DNA from: Candidatus Saccharimonadales bacterium | GTDB lineage: Bacteria > Patescibacteriota > Saccharimonadia > Saccharimonadales > EFPC-124 | DNA length: 64,000 nt | Assembly: GCA_035710125.1 (NCBI GenBank) | Contig: DASTDY010000063.1 | Coordinates: forward strand, 150,446 to 214,445 | Direction: 5' to 3' | Shown: one piece after another, positions 45,298 to 52,732 of the stretch | How the letters are laid out: the number at the start of each line of letters is the position of its first letter | Numbering within the stretch: the stretch's first letter is position 1 | Position numbers and translations under genes: made by a program | Notes under the pieces: model-generated | What the model was told of the DNA's origin: nothing | Seen by the model: the letters and a program-made list of their open reading frames with translations, nothing else | The model's database searches: none

Positions 45298-45897
45298 GTG
45301 ACCGCTCACCCCAAAACGCTGGTCGTGCAGTACATCGCTCAGACGACACGCAGAAACCCGACGCCCGATCCGCAGTTTCTGGCAGAAAAGAACGCCACCA
45401 CGTGCCGCCTGCAGCTAATGGTGGACGGCACTGGGTATGACGGTGTCGGCGTTGCTCTGCGTAAGAAGCAGGCTGAGGTCATTGCATACGGCGACATTCT
45501 GCGCCAGATGGTGGCGAACGGGTTGTGTGTGCCGGATGCCGCAGAGGCGCTAGCCTATGTGGATGACCTGGTTGCCCAGGAGCAGGCGGCCGTAGAGGCG
45601 GCTAGCCAGCAAGAAACCGTGGGCGAAAGTCGTCTACGAAAGGCGTTCGCAACCCTGTGCAGGCCGTACGGCGATAACCACGTCTGGCATCTTCAGTTGT
45701 TCGCGCAAACCGCTGGTATCAGGGAGGCGGTGTACACCCAGCATCAGACTGGCGAGTCGACCTGGGAGGTCAACGTGAGCATTGTTCTCCCTGGCGCGCC
45801 GCTCAGGTCGGATACGTACACCGGTAGCAAGAAGTCGTGCAGGCAAAGGGCTGCAAGCGACCTGATCGCTCGCATCAAGGAGCACATGCAGCAGTGA
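45298..45897 (+). CDS. Hypothetical protein with two dsRNA-binding-domain-like modules, G+C-rich
   Basis: GTG start. Helix-2-like motifs GVGVALRKKQAEVIAYGDILRQM and GSKKSCRQRAASDLIARI (compare GxGxSKKxAExxAAxxAL), each preceded by helix/beta-like segments. No catalytic domain. Confidence 0.45.
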   Translation: MTAHPKTLVVQYIAQTTRRNPTPDPQFLAEKNATTCRLQLMVDGTGYDGVGVALRKKQAEVIAYGDILRQMVANGLCVPDAAEALAYVDDLVAQEQAAVEAASQQETVGESRLRKAFATLCRPYGDNHVWHLQLFAQTAGIREAVYTQHQTGESTWEVNVSIVLPGAPLRSDTYTGSKKSCRQRAASDLIARIKEHMQQ

Positions 45898-45999
45898 GCA
45901 ACCCGCCTGGGCTGGACAATGCCGTCCTGCCTAGGCGGTCACTCCAGGTTAAAGAATTTTTTAGTAGGTTTTTTACACATTAATTAGTAAGGCGTAGGG

Positions 46000-46028
46000 T
46001 TTACTCAACCCTTAATTTGTGCTATAGT
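46000..46028 (+). promoter_or_regulatory. Putative promoter of tRNA-Glu
   Basis: TTTACT, 17 nt (ending in TGC), then TATAGT, 13 nt upstream of the tRNA 5' end. Confidence 0.45.
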
Positions 46029-46041
46029 TTTTATCTGTTAC

Positions 46042-46116
46042 GGCCTCATCGTCTAACGGTTAGGACACCAGGTTTTCATCCTGGCAATCGGAGTTCGATT
46101 CTCCGTGAGGTCACCA
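46042..46116 (+). tRNA. tRNA-Glu (anticodon UUC)
   Basis: Acceptor GGCCUCA/UGAGGUC, anticodon arm CCAGG-UUUUCAU-CCUGG, T-arm CGGAG-UUCGAUU-CUCCG, encoded CCA. Confidence 0.85.
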
Positions 46117-47788
46117 TAAGATCATTTTCTGCTTTCAGCACCTGAAAGACCGGAGACACCCCTGTAAAAAGGGGTGTTTTTGGTGTTCCAGGTTTTATTT
46201 CTTCGTATGTTGGCAAACGGTCAAATAACGCACCGAAAAGCTGGGCTTTTTTGACTGGATCAATCTGTTTTATGAGTAGTTCATCGAGGTGTTCCAGGAA
46301 ATATCGTACCTTAGCGAGAATCTTGTTAATATCGGTTGGTTTTTCTGCCTCTTTCTTAGCTTTAAGTGCTTGCAAGTCTTTGATTTGTTGTTCAATACGA
46401 ATGATATCCTCCTCAATGAATTTGATGACCGTGATGGACTCTACGGCGCGCAGTTTGGCGACATTAGCTCGCACATCCTTTTGTAGCTCGGCCATGCGTT
46501 CGTCAACGCCCTGGATTTCTTGTATGTAGCTTTGGTTATGCATATTCCACTCCGCGGCAATCGCGTTCATGACTGTATCGATCCGTTCATTCGAGACAGT
46601 TAAGTTACTAATAAATGCTCTCACAGTGTCCTCCAATTCCTGTTTTGGTACGCGATAATAGTGGCCGTGGTTGCTGCAATGATAGGCTGGATAGCGTTTG
46701 CCGGATTTGCCACGTGAGGCGCTGCCAAGCATCGGCCGTTTACATTCGGAACATAGTACGAAGCGGCGATATGGAAAATCTTCGTTTCGTGAACCTTTGT
46801 TGATCAAATGCTCGGCCGGACGTTTAGTAAGGATCTGTATGTCGCCGTCTTTATCCTCAATGATAAACTTCTTGCCTTGCATGGCCCGGTTCCATAAGTC
46901 GATAGAAACGAGACCCTTAAAGGCACATCGTACAGGCTTTCCCTCTGTCCACTTCTCAGCATTCACGCCCGCATAAATCGGGTTAGCAATGAGTTTTTGC
47001 ATGGCTTTTACAGTTAAGGGATTGCCGCCGGTTTTAGAGATAATCTTAGTGCGGTCATTCTTGTCGCGCTTGTACTGTACGCGAGTGCGGAAGCCAAGTT
47101 CGTTTATTTTATCGACAATCTCGGAGTCGTGCATGGCACCTTTGGCGCGTAATTCTAGCATCATGCGGAGGTATTTGGCTTCGGTAGGGTGCGGTTTGAG
47201 AACGCAACGCTTGCCATTTTTAGTCTCCACCTTCTCGCTCGTCAGGCCATAGGGTGCGCGGCGCATCCAGTAGCCCATTCGAGCGTAGCGTATTTCTGCT
47301 CCGATCATACGACTCATGATGTCGCGTAGCTCGTCCTTTGCCCGTTCGGCTTCTAGAATCTCAGTCTTTTTGCTGGGCGAAAATTTGCTCCAATCGTACT
47401 CAACGCCGAGGTGCTCCAGCGTATTAATTTCCTCGCCGCTGATAATCCCATAGACATCAATCAAGCCAACATTACATTCTTTAAGTTGGTTTTTGAGCGG
47501 GCTGTAAAAGTCAGAGCCGCCGCGAGTGAAGCGGTCAATAGATTTGATAATAAATAAATCGATTTCGTTTTTTGGGTCTTTGCAGTAATCGATAGCTGGC
47601 TGCATCGGCTGCTGTTCTTGAGAGGCCGACTCCAGAAATACAAAGTACTGTTTAACGGTTATGCCGCGTGAAGCCGCGAAACGCTCAATTTGCTCGCGCT
47701 GTGCTTCGGGTGAATCTCCGTCCGTACCTTGCTTGGTGGTCGATACACGGATAGCGGCAACGGCGTTCTTGTTAGCATGCGGTGACAT
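46076..47788 (-). CDS. Large serine recombinase (integrase) 1
   Basis: Resolvase domain AAIRVSTTKQ...SIDRFTRG, a recombinase domain, zinc ribbon CSECKRP...YHCSNHGHYY, and a long coiled coil. The last 13 codons (MVTSRRIELRLPG) are antisense to tRNA-Glu. Confidence 0.85.
   Translation of the reverse strand: MSPHANKNAVAAIRVSTTKQGTDGDSPEAQREQIERFAASRGITVKQYFVFLESASQEQQPMQPAIDYCKDPKNEIDLFIIKSIDRFTRGGSDFYSPLKNQLKECNVGLIDVYGIISGEEINTLEHLGVEYDWSKFSPSKKTEILEAERAKDELRDIMSRMIGAEIRYARMGYWMRRAPYGLTSEKVETKNGKRCVLKPHPTEAKYLRMMLELRAKGAMHDSEIVDKINELGFRTRVQYKRDKNDRTKIISKTGGNPLTVKAMQKLIANPIYAGVNAEKWTEGKPVRCAFKGLVSIDLWNRAMQGKKFIIEDKDGDIQILTKRPAEHLINKGSRNEDFPYRRFVLCSECKRPMLGSASRGKSGKRYPAYHCSNHGHYYRVPKQELEDTVRAFISNLTVSNERIDTVMNAIAAEWNMHNQSYIQEIQGVDERMAELQKDVRANVAKLRAVESITVIKFIEEDIIRIEQQIKDLQALKAKKEAEKPTDINKILAKVRYFLEHLDELLIKQIDPVKKAQLFGALFDRLPTYEEIKPGTPKTPLFTGVSPVFQVLKAENDLMVTSRRIELRLPG
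46156..46181 (+). terminator. Rho-independent terminator of tRNA-Glu, lying inside the recombinase ORF on the other strand
   Basis: ACACCCCT-GTAAAA-AGGGGTGT followed by TTTTT. Confidence 0.7.
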
Positions 47789-47791
47789 GAT

Positions 47792-47926
47792 TTAAGCTTT
47801 CGTTTCTTCCTCGATGATAATTTGCAAGATCAAATCAGCTATCAGTTCAACACGCCGTTCTTCTGGCATAGTCACCGTTTCCGGCAGCTTTATTTCTTTA
47901 TTTTGTGAGCCTTTTGTTCTTGCCAT
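47792..47926 (-). CDS. Small ORF (44 aa) directly upstream of recombinase 1; possible accessory/directionality factor
   Basis: Below the ORF-track size cutoff. Manual translation: MARTKGSQNKEIKLPETVTMPEERRVELIADLILQIIIEEETKA. GAGGG RBS. The stop is 3 nt before the recombinase ATG. Confidence 0.3.
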   Translation of the reverse strand: MARTKGSQNKEIKLPETVTMPEERRVELIADLILQIIIEEETKA

Positions 47927-47939
47927 TTTACCCTCGTAG

Positions 47940-47958
47940 CACTTACAATATGTAATAC
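47940..47958. promoter_or_regulatory. Operator-like inverted repeat, copy 1 (CACTTACA-ATA-TGTAATA)
   Basis: Shares 15 fixed positions with 56945..56963. Lies 14 nt upstream of the small ORF/recombinase operon. Confidence 0.5.
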
Positions 47959-47966
47959 CCTAACTA

Positions 47967-47981
47967 TAACAAATTGTAATA
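47967..47981. promoter_or_regulatory. Operator-like inverted repeat, copy 2 (TAACA-AAT-TGTAATA)
   Basis: One mismatch to the TTACA-N3-TGTAATA core. Lies 24 nt from copy 1. Confidence 0.4.
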
Positions 47982-48158
47982 TCTATGACAATAGAAAATG
48001 TAAACATCGCTGTTAAACCTTTAACCTTAATCTCACCCCTCATATATTCTCTTTATATTTTTCCTCTCTTAATATATAAATATATAGAAGATAAGACACA
48101 TAGAATCATTAGAGCATTTAATTGTAAGACAGCAAAAGAAGCTTATAGGTAAATAGAT

Positions 48159-48977
48159 ATGGATAAGACTGAATCTAAAACTAGAAGAAAATTAAATGCA
48201 GAACAATTAGAAGTCTTAGAGCTTCTATATAAATTTAGATTTGGTAGTAATGATCTAATTGCTCAGTATTTTGGTAAGAAGAATCGGTCGTTTGTGTTTA
48301 AGCGGCTATCGATACTGTTAGAGCAAGAACTTATTGGTAAGCGTTTTAATAGTAGCTATCGTATTAAAGGTAAGCCAGCTGCATATTACTTGTTGCCTGC
48401 CGGTGCTCGCAAGCTCCAAGAAACCCGTACCGCAGAAGACGAAGCAGTAAACATCAAAAGCATCTACAAAGACAGAACCGTATCAGAAACATTCATCCAG
48501 CATTCATTGAATATCTTTACTGCGTATAACCAGCTAAAGGCACGATACGGAGATGAGCTAGCATTCTTCACTAAAACTAATCTAACAAGCTACGAGCACT
48601 TTCCTAAGCCATTACCCGATGCGTTTGTATCACTTGAAATCAAGAACACTACCCATTACTTCTTCATAGAGATAGTGGAAGATACCCAACCATTCTTTAC
48701 AGTGGTAAGAAGCATCAAGAAATATCTCGATCACAAAGAAAGTGGCGAATGGGCTATAACCGAAACGGACTATCCGGCTGTCTTATTTATTTGTGAGTCA
48801 ACGAGTCTGCAAAAGAGACTACAGAAGCAAATCACCAAGATGCTGGATACATCATGGGTAGATGATCTAAACTTTGCTACAACCACTAAATCCGAACTTA
48901 CGTCTCTTGTCGAAAATGATGCCATTTGGCAGAAAGTAACCGAGCCAGACGATAAGCTCCCTTTACAAGACACCTAG
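48159..48977 (+). CDS. Replication-relaxation family protein
   Basis: LNAEQLEVLELLYKFRFGSNDLIAQYF...FVFKRLSILLEQELIGKRF...KPAAYYLLPAGARKL follows the winged-helix N-terminal pattern of the Replic_Relax family. Confidence 0.5.
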   Translation: MDKTESKTRRKLNAEQLEVLELLYKFRFGSNDLIAQYFGKKNRSFVFKRLSILLEQELIGKRFNSSYRIKGKPAAYYLLPAGARKLQETRTAEDEAVNIKSIYKDRTVSETFIQHSLNIFTAYNQLKARYGDELAFFTKTNLTSYEHFPKPLPDAFVSLEIKNTTHYFFIEIVEDTQPFFTVVRSIKKYLDHKESGEWAITETDYPAVLFICESTSLQKRLQKQITKMLDTSWVDDLNFATTTKSELTSLVENDAIWQKVTEPDDKLPLQDT

Positions 48978-49128
48978 AACTTGTCACTTGCTTGCAAGTG
49001 GGAAGTCCCTGTTTGTATATTACAAACAGGTTAACTCAGCCCTACTAAGCTACAATTAACCTTGGGAGAGCGAGTCCTTACTCCAACTAGGCTTTGTCGA
49101 GCGTCCTGCTGTTACCTCGACACAGACG

Positions 49129-49491
49129 CTATTTCGGCTGCCAAAGTTGCACTAAGTTGCCTTCTGGATCTACCAACGAGGCAAAGATACCATTTGGATA
49201 CTCTTCAGGATCCCGCTTTACTTCAATGCCGCCATCTGTTAATTGAACAATCATTGCGTCCAAATCGTCCACCCGAAAATTAAGTGCCCATGTTTTGCCG
49301 CTACCGTTAAAATGCTCACTGTCGGCACTCATAAAAGCAAAAACTGTAGGCCCCTGCTTTGGTACCCATTCGGGATCTTCGTACGATGCTGGTGGTAGAG
49401 GTACCCCTAGGTACTTCTGATACCACTCACCTAACATTTCTGGATTCTGTGCGACGATAAATACACCGCCTATACCGTTGATTTTCTGCAT
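49129..49491 (-). CDS. VOC (glyoxalase/bleomycin-resistance) family protein
   Basis: INGIGGVFIVAQNPEMLGEWYQKYLGV ... FASLVDPEGNLVQLWQP. Confidence 0.65.
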   Translation of the reverse strand: MQKINGIGGVFIVAQNPEMLGEWYQKYLGVPLPPASYEDPEWVPKQGPTVFAFMSADSEHFNGSGKTWALNFRVDDLDAMIVQLTDGGIEVKRDPEEYPNGIFASLVDPEGNLVQLWQPK

Positions 49492-49659
49492 ATGTTTATT
49501 GTAGCAGTAGACAACGAGATCGGAGTGGAGAGGTCTATTCCAACTTTTTGACGAAGATATATAAATCTAATGTCTATAAAACCACCATCTTTGAGACACC
49601 TAAAAAGAGAATCTTCATCAGTCCCGCCGCTATGTCTCTAGATCAGTTATACTAGGCGT

Positions 49660-50277
49660 ATGAGTGATCTATATTTCATCGGTGGAGCTCCGCGAACCGG
49701 AAAAACTACCGTGGTCCAAAAACTTCTAAAACAAAAACCAATTCTAGCAGCTTCAACAGATGCTATTCGCGCGGTTGCCCTGGGACTTGTTTCCAAAGAG
49801 ACAGACCCTCATTTGCATCGTGTTGAGCGCGGCCCTTTTGGGTCAGAGGAACACCTGTCCAATTTGAAGAGTAACCAGGAGCTACTTTTGAAGCAAGAGC
49901 TTGCGTCAGCTGAAGCAACTTGGAAGTCGGTCTTAGATTTTGTTGGCTACTACCAAAAGGACGCTAAAGATGCACTCGTGGAGGGTGTTGCAGTATTGCC
50001 AAGTGAGCTTGCAAAAGTAAATTTTGACTTCAAGGCAGTTTTTATCGTCAACCTAACAGATCAAACGGAAGAGATTCTGAGCCACGCACGAGAAAATTCG
50101 TTCGACTGGCTATCAAAGTATGATGATGAAACGATTCGCCAATACGCCACCTTTAATTATCGGTGGAATCAATACTACGCCGAAGAGGCTGTAAAGTACG
50201 GGTTCCATGTTGTCGAGATTGAACCTAAGAACTTTCATCAGAGTGTAGATACGGCTGTTGAGCTTCTAAGCGCTTGA
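49660..50277 (+). CDS. P-loop kinase-like protein
   Basis: Walker A GGAPRTGKTT at the N-terminus. Size and layout of small-molecule/nucleotide kinases. Confidence 0.5.
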   Translation: MSDLYFIGGAPRTGKTTVVQKLLKQKPILAASTDAIRAVALGLVSKETDPHLHRVERGPFGSEEHLSNLKSNQELLLKQELASAEATWKSVLDFVGYYQKDAKDALVEGVAVLPSELAKVNFDFKAVFIVNLTDQTEEILSHARENSFDWLSKYDDETIRQYATFNYRWNQYYAEEAVKYGFHVVEIEPKNFHQSVDTAVELLSA

Positions 50278-50648
50278 TTCCTGATTTCACAACCTTGTCA
50301 ACGGCCTTAGATAACATAAGTTAAATCATGCCCCACAGTTTAAGCGCAAAAGCTTCGACAGCGTATTGTCTCAAAAACCTTCATTTTAGACACGCTATTA
50401 TTGCGTTTTGAAACATGATTTATACCTAGTTTTATGCATATCGTAGTCTTTTGTATCTGTAATAATCTCATGGCTGAAGACTTTGCCAACACGTGCAACA
50501 CAGACGGCAGCTTTAAAACCCAGTCAGCAACCACGTTCACTCCAAGGACGACCCCCTAAGGACTTTATCTACAAGGTTTCCAGAGCGAGATAGGTTAGTA
50601 CGGTAGTATAATAAGATAAAGCAGCTGAGAGAGCAGCGAAAGGAAAAT

Positions 50649-51068
50649 ATGGCACTAGAAGTAAATTGGCTAGCAGTAGCAATAGCCACTATTGTTGGAA
50701 CGGCGATTGCTGGAATATGGTATCAGGAGCCAGTCTTTGGTAAAGCATGGCGAAAGGCCACTGGGGTAACACCGAAACAGTCAAAGCAGGCAGGCAATGC
50801 TCCGATGGTTGTTCTGTTGATTGCAAACTCCGTAACTGCAGTCGGCTTGGCAAGCTTAGTCTATCTAACTTCCCACTTCTTTGAAAATTATACAGTTGGG
50901 TTTGCTCTGCTGAATGGAGCAGTCGCAGGACTGGCGCTATCGGCAACCACTCTTGTCGTGCATAATGGCTTTGAGCTAAAACCTAAGAGGTTAACGCTGA
51001 TCAATGTTGCTTATCAAATGGTAATCTTTTTAAGCATGACGCTTGTCATTGGCTTGTTTGGCGCGTGA
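50649..51068 (+). CDS. DUF1761 family membrane protein
   Basis: NWLAVAIATIVGTAIAGIWYQEPVFGKAWRKATG plus three further TM helices. RBS AAAGGA. Confidence 0.55.
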   Translation: MALEVNWLAVAIATIVGTAIAGIWYQEPVFGKAWRKATGVTPKQSKQAGNAPMVVLLIANSVTAVGLASLVYLTSHFFENYTVGFALLNGAVAGLALSATTLVVHNGFELKPKRLTLINVAYQMVIFLSMTLVIGLFGA

Positions 51069-51078
51069 TCAAAATTTA

Positions 51079-51909
51079 ATGCACATTTTCACCACATCCC
51101 AAGGCACCCTTGAATACCGAATAGTCGGTAACGGCAATAAGACGGCTATTATCTTCCCTGGCGGTCACATGGACGCGAGCGTGAACTTAGGTGAAGACTT
51201 TTTTATCAAAAGGGGCTACCAGGTGATAACATTGTCACGACCGGGGTATGGAAAAACCTCACTTGCTACTGGACCTTCACCCGATAGCTTTGCAGATACT
51301 GTTGCTCAGCTGCTCGAAAGTCTTAATATCCATAAGATAGTTGCAGTAGGTATTTCGGCCGGAGGGCGCAGTGCAGTTCGTCTGGCTGCAAAGTACCCTA
51401 GAGTAGTAGAAAAACTAATCCTGCAATGTGCCACAAGTTTTATGCCATGGCCCGATGCCCAGACCCGCCGAGTTGCGCGTATTGCGTTTAATCCCTCCAT
51501 GGAGAAGTTCACTTGGCAGATCATGCGAAGAATACTTAAAGCAAGCCCTCGCGCGGGTCTAAAGATGATGCTGGGCAATATGAGTACGCTTAACCCGGAT
51601 GATGTGATAGATAGCTTAAGTAAGGGACAGACAGATGGCCTGATTAATATTTTCGCCCATCTGCAATCTGGCAAGGGTTTTATGAATGATCTGGCGCAAA
51701 CATCAGGCTCGGCAAAAGATGTGCATGTGCCTACATTGATTATTCATAGCAAGTATGACAAAAGCGTTTCGCTAGAGCATGCAAAGAAGCTTCATTCTGA
51801 AATTGCAGGCTCAAGACTTTTTATAACCACAGCAGAAAGCCATATGATTTGGTTTAGTACCCAGTACGATCAAATTCAGAAGGAAATGGGAGCCTTTTTA
51901 GACTTTTAA
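51079..51909 (+). CDS. Alpha/beta hydrolase
   Basis: Nucleophile elbow VGISAGG, C-terminal HSKYD...H. ATG 51079 preferred over the TTG at 51043. Confidence 0.7.
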   Translation: MHIFTTSQGTLEYRIVGNGNKTAIIFPGGHMDASVNLGEDFFIKRGYQVITLSRPGYGKTSLATGPSPDSFADTVAQLLESLNIHKIVAVGISAGGRSAVRLAAKYPRVVEKLILQCATSFMPWPDAQTRRVARIAFNPSMEKFTWQIMRRILKASPRAGLKMMLGNMSTLNPDDVIDSLSKGQTDGLINIFAHLQSGKGFMNDLAQTSGSAKDVHVPTLIIHSKYDKSVSLEHAKKLHSEIAGSRLFITTAESHMIWFSTQYDQIQKEMGAFLDF

Positions 51910-51948
51910 TAAGGTGCCAATCTCGCATGGATACGATATGTGGGACGT

Positions 51949-52683
51949 TCATAACCCGCTCACCACAAGCAATACTCCCACCCCATGCGCTACAACCGCA
52001 GGCCATAAACCATATCGCATCCGCAGGAAAGCACACACCAACCCTTCGTATAAAGTAAAGATAAGCAATGCTATACCTACATCGGTGGCTATGAAGGCTA
52101 AGAATATATGCGCTGCCGCAAAGGTTAGCGCCGAGAGGAGTGCAGCGAGTAACGGTTTGTACAGCTTTTCGAGATAACCTTGTAGATAGCCCCTGAAAAG
52201 CAACTCCTCCATGAAATTCCCTAGTAAGGTTATGGCAAGTAAAGCTGGGAGTAAGCCTAGCGCTACGCTACCGCCGCGTTCTGCCAGCGGAGTAAACTGG
52301 TAAGCAATAAGGAGCGGTGCGGCAACAGCGCCAGCTCCGAGCAAGCCGTATAGCAGGGTCTTAGGCGTAAATTTGCCCCATTTTAGATAGGACTTCATTT
52401 GTTTGTTGGTTGCCAAAACAAGCACGGCAAAAACCAAAGAAGCTAGTCCTAGTGATACAAGAATAAGCGGATCATTAATAAACCGTATCCACAATACTCC
52501 ATTATGAGTGCCCAATTCCCAGAGGTTATGTACGGTCATTGCATCCCGCATGAGCATAAAGGCTAAAATAAGTAGGAATATTCTAAAAGCCATGGCTTGT
52601 TTACCTTTGTAGAGAAAATAGAGGGCCCCAAGCAATAGCAGGCCAGGGAGTATGTGAAGGCTGTAGTCGATAAGCGTAAGCAT
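51949..52683 (-). CDS. CPBP family intramembrane glutamic endopeptidase (CAAX protease / Abi-type)
   Basis: EELLFRGYL and FAAAH motifs in a polytopic membrane protein. A TATAAT box lies in the short upstream gap. Confidence 0.75.
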   Translation of the reverse strand: MLTLIDYSLHILPGLLLLGALYFLYKGKQAMAFRIFLLILAFMLMRDAMTVHNLWELGTHNGVLWIRFINDPLILVSLGLASLVFAVLVLATNKQMKSYLKWGKFTPKTLLYGLLGAGAVAAPLLIAYQFTPLAERGGSVALGLLPALLAITLLGNFMEELLFRGYLQGYLEKLYKPLLAALLSALTFAAAHIFLAFIATDVGIALLIFTLYEGLVCAFLRMRYGLWPAVVAHGVGVLLVVSGL

Positions 52684-52732
52684 TTGTTGCTATTATAGCA
52701 ATCTTTGGGCGTAGCAAGTGGCTAAGGAGAAC

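Noticed and set aside
50340-50540. 66-aa minus-strand ORF and 27-41-aa + strand ORFs in the 370-bp gap of the island
   Set aside because: They have no RBS, show odd composition and lack motifs. The gap is kept only as a region worth an RNA or BLASTX check.
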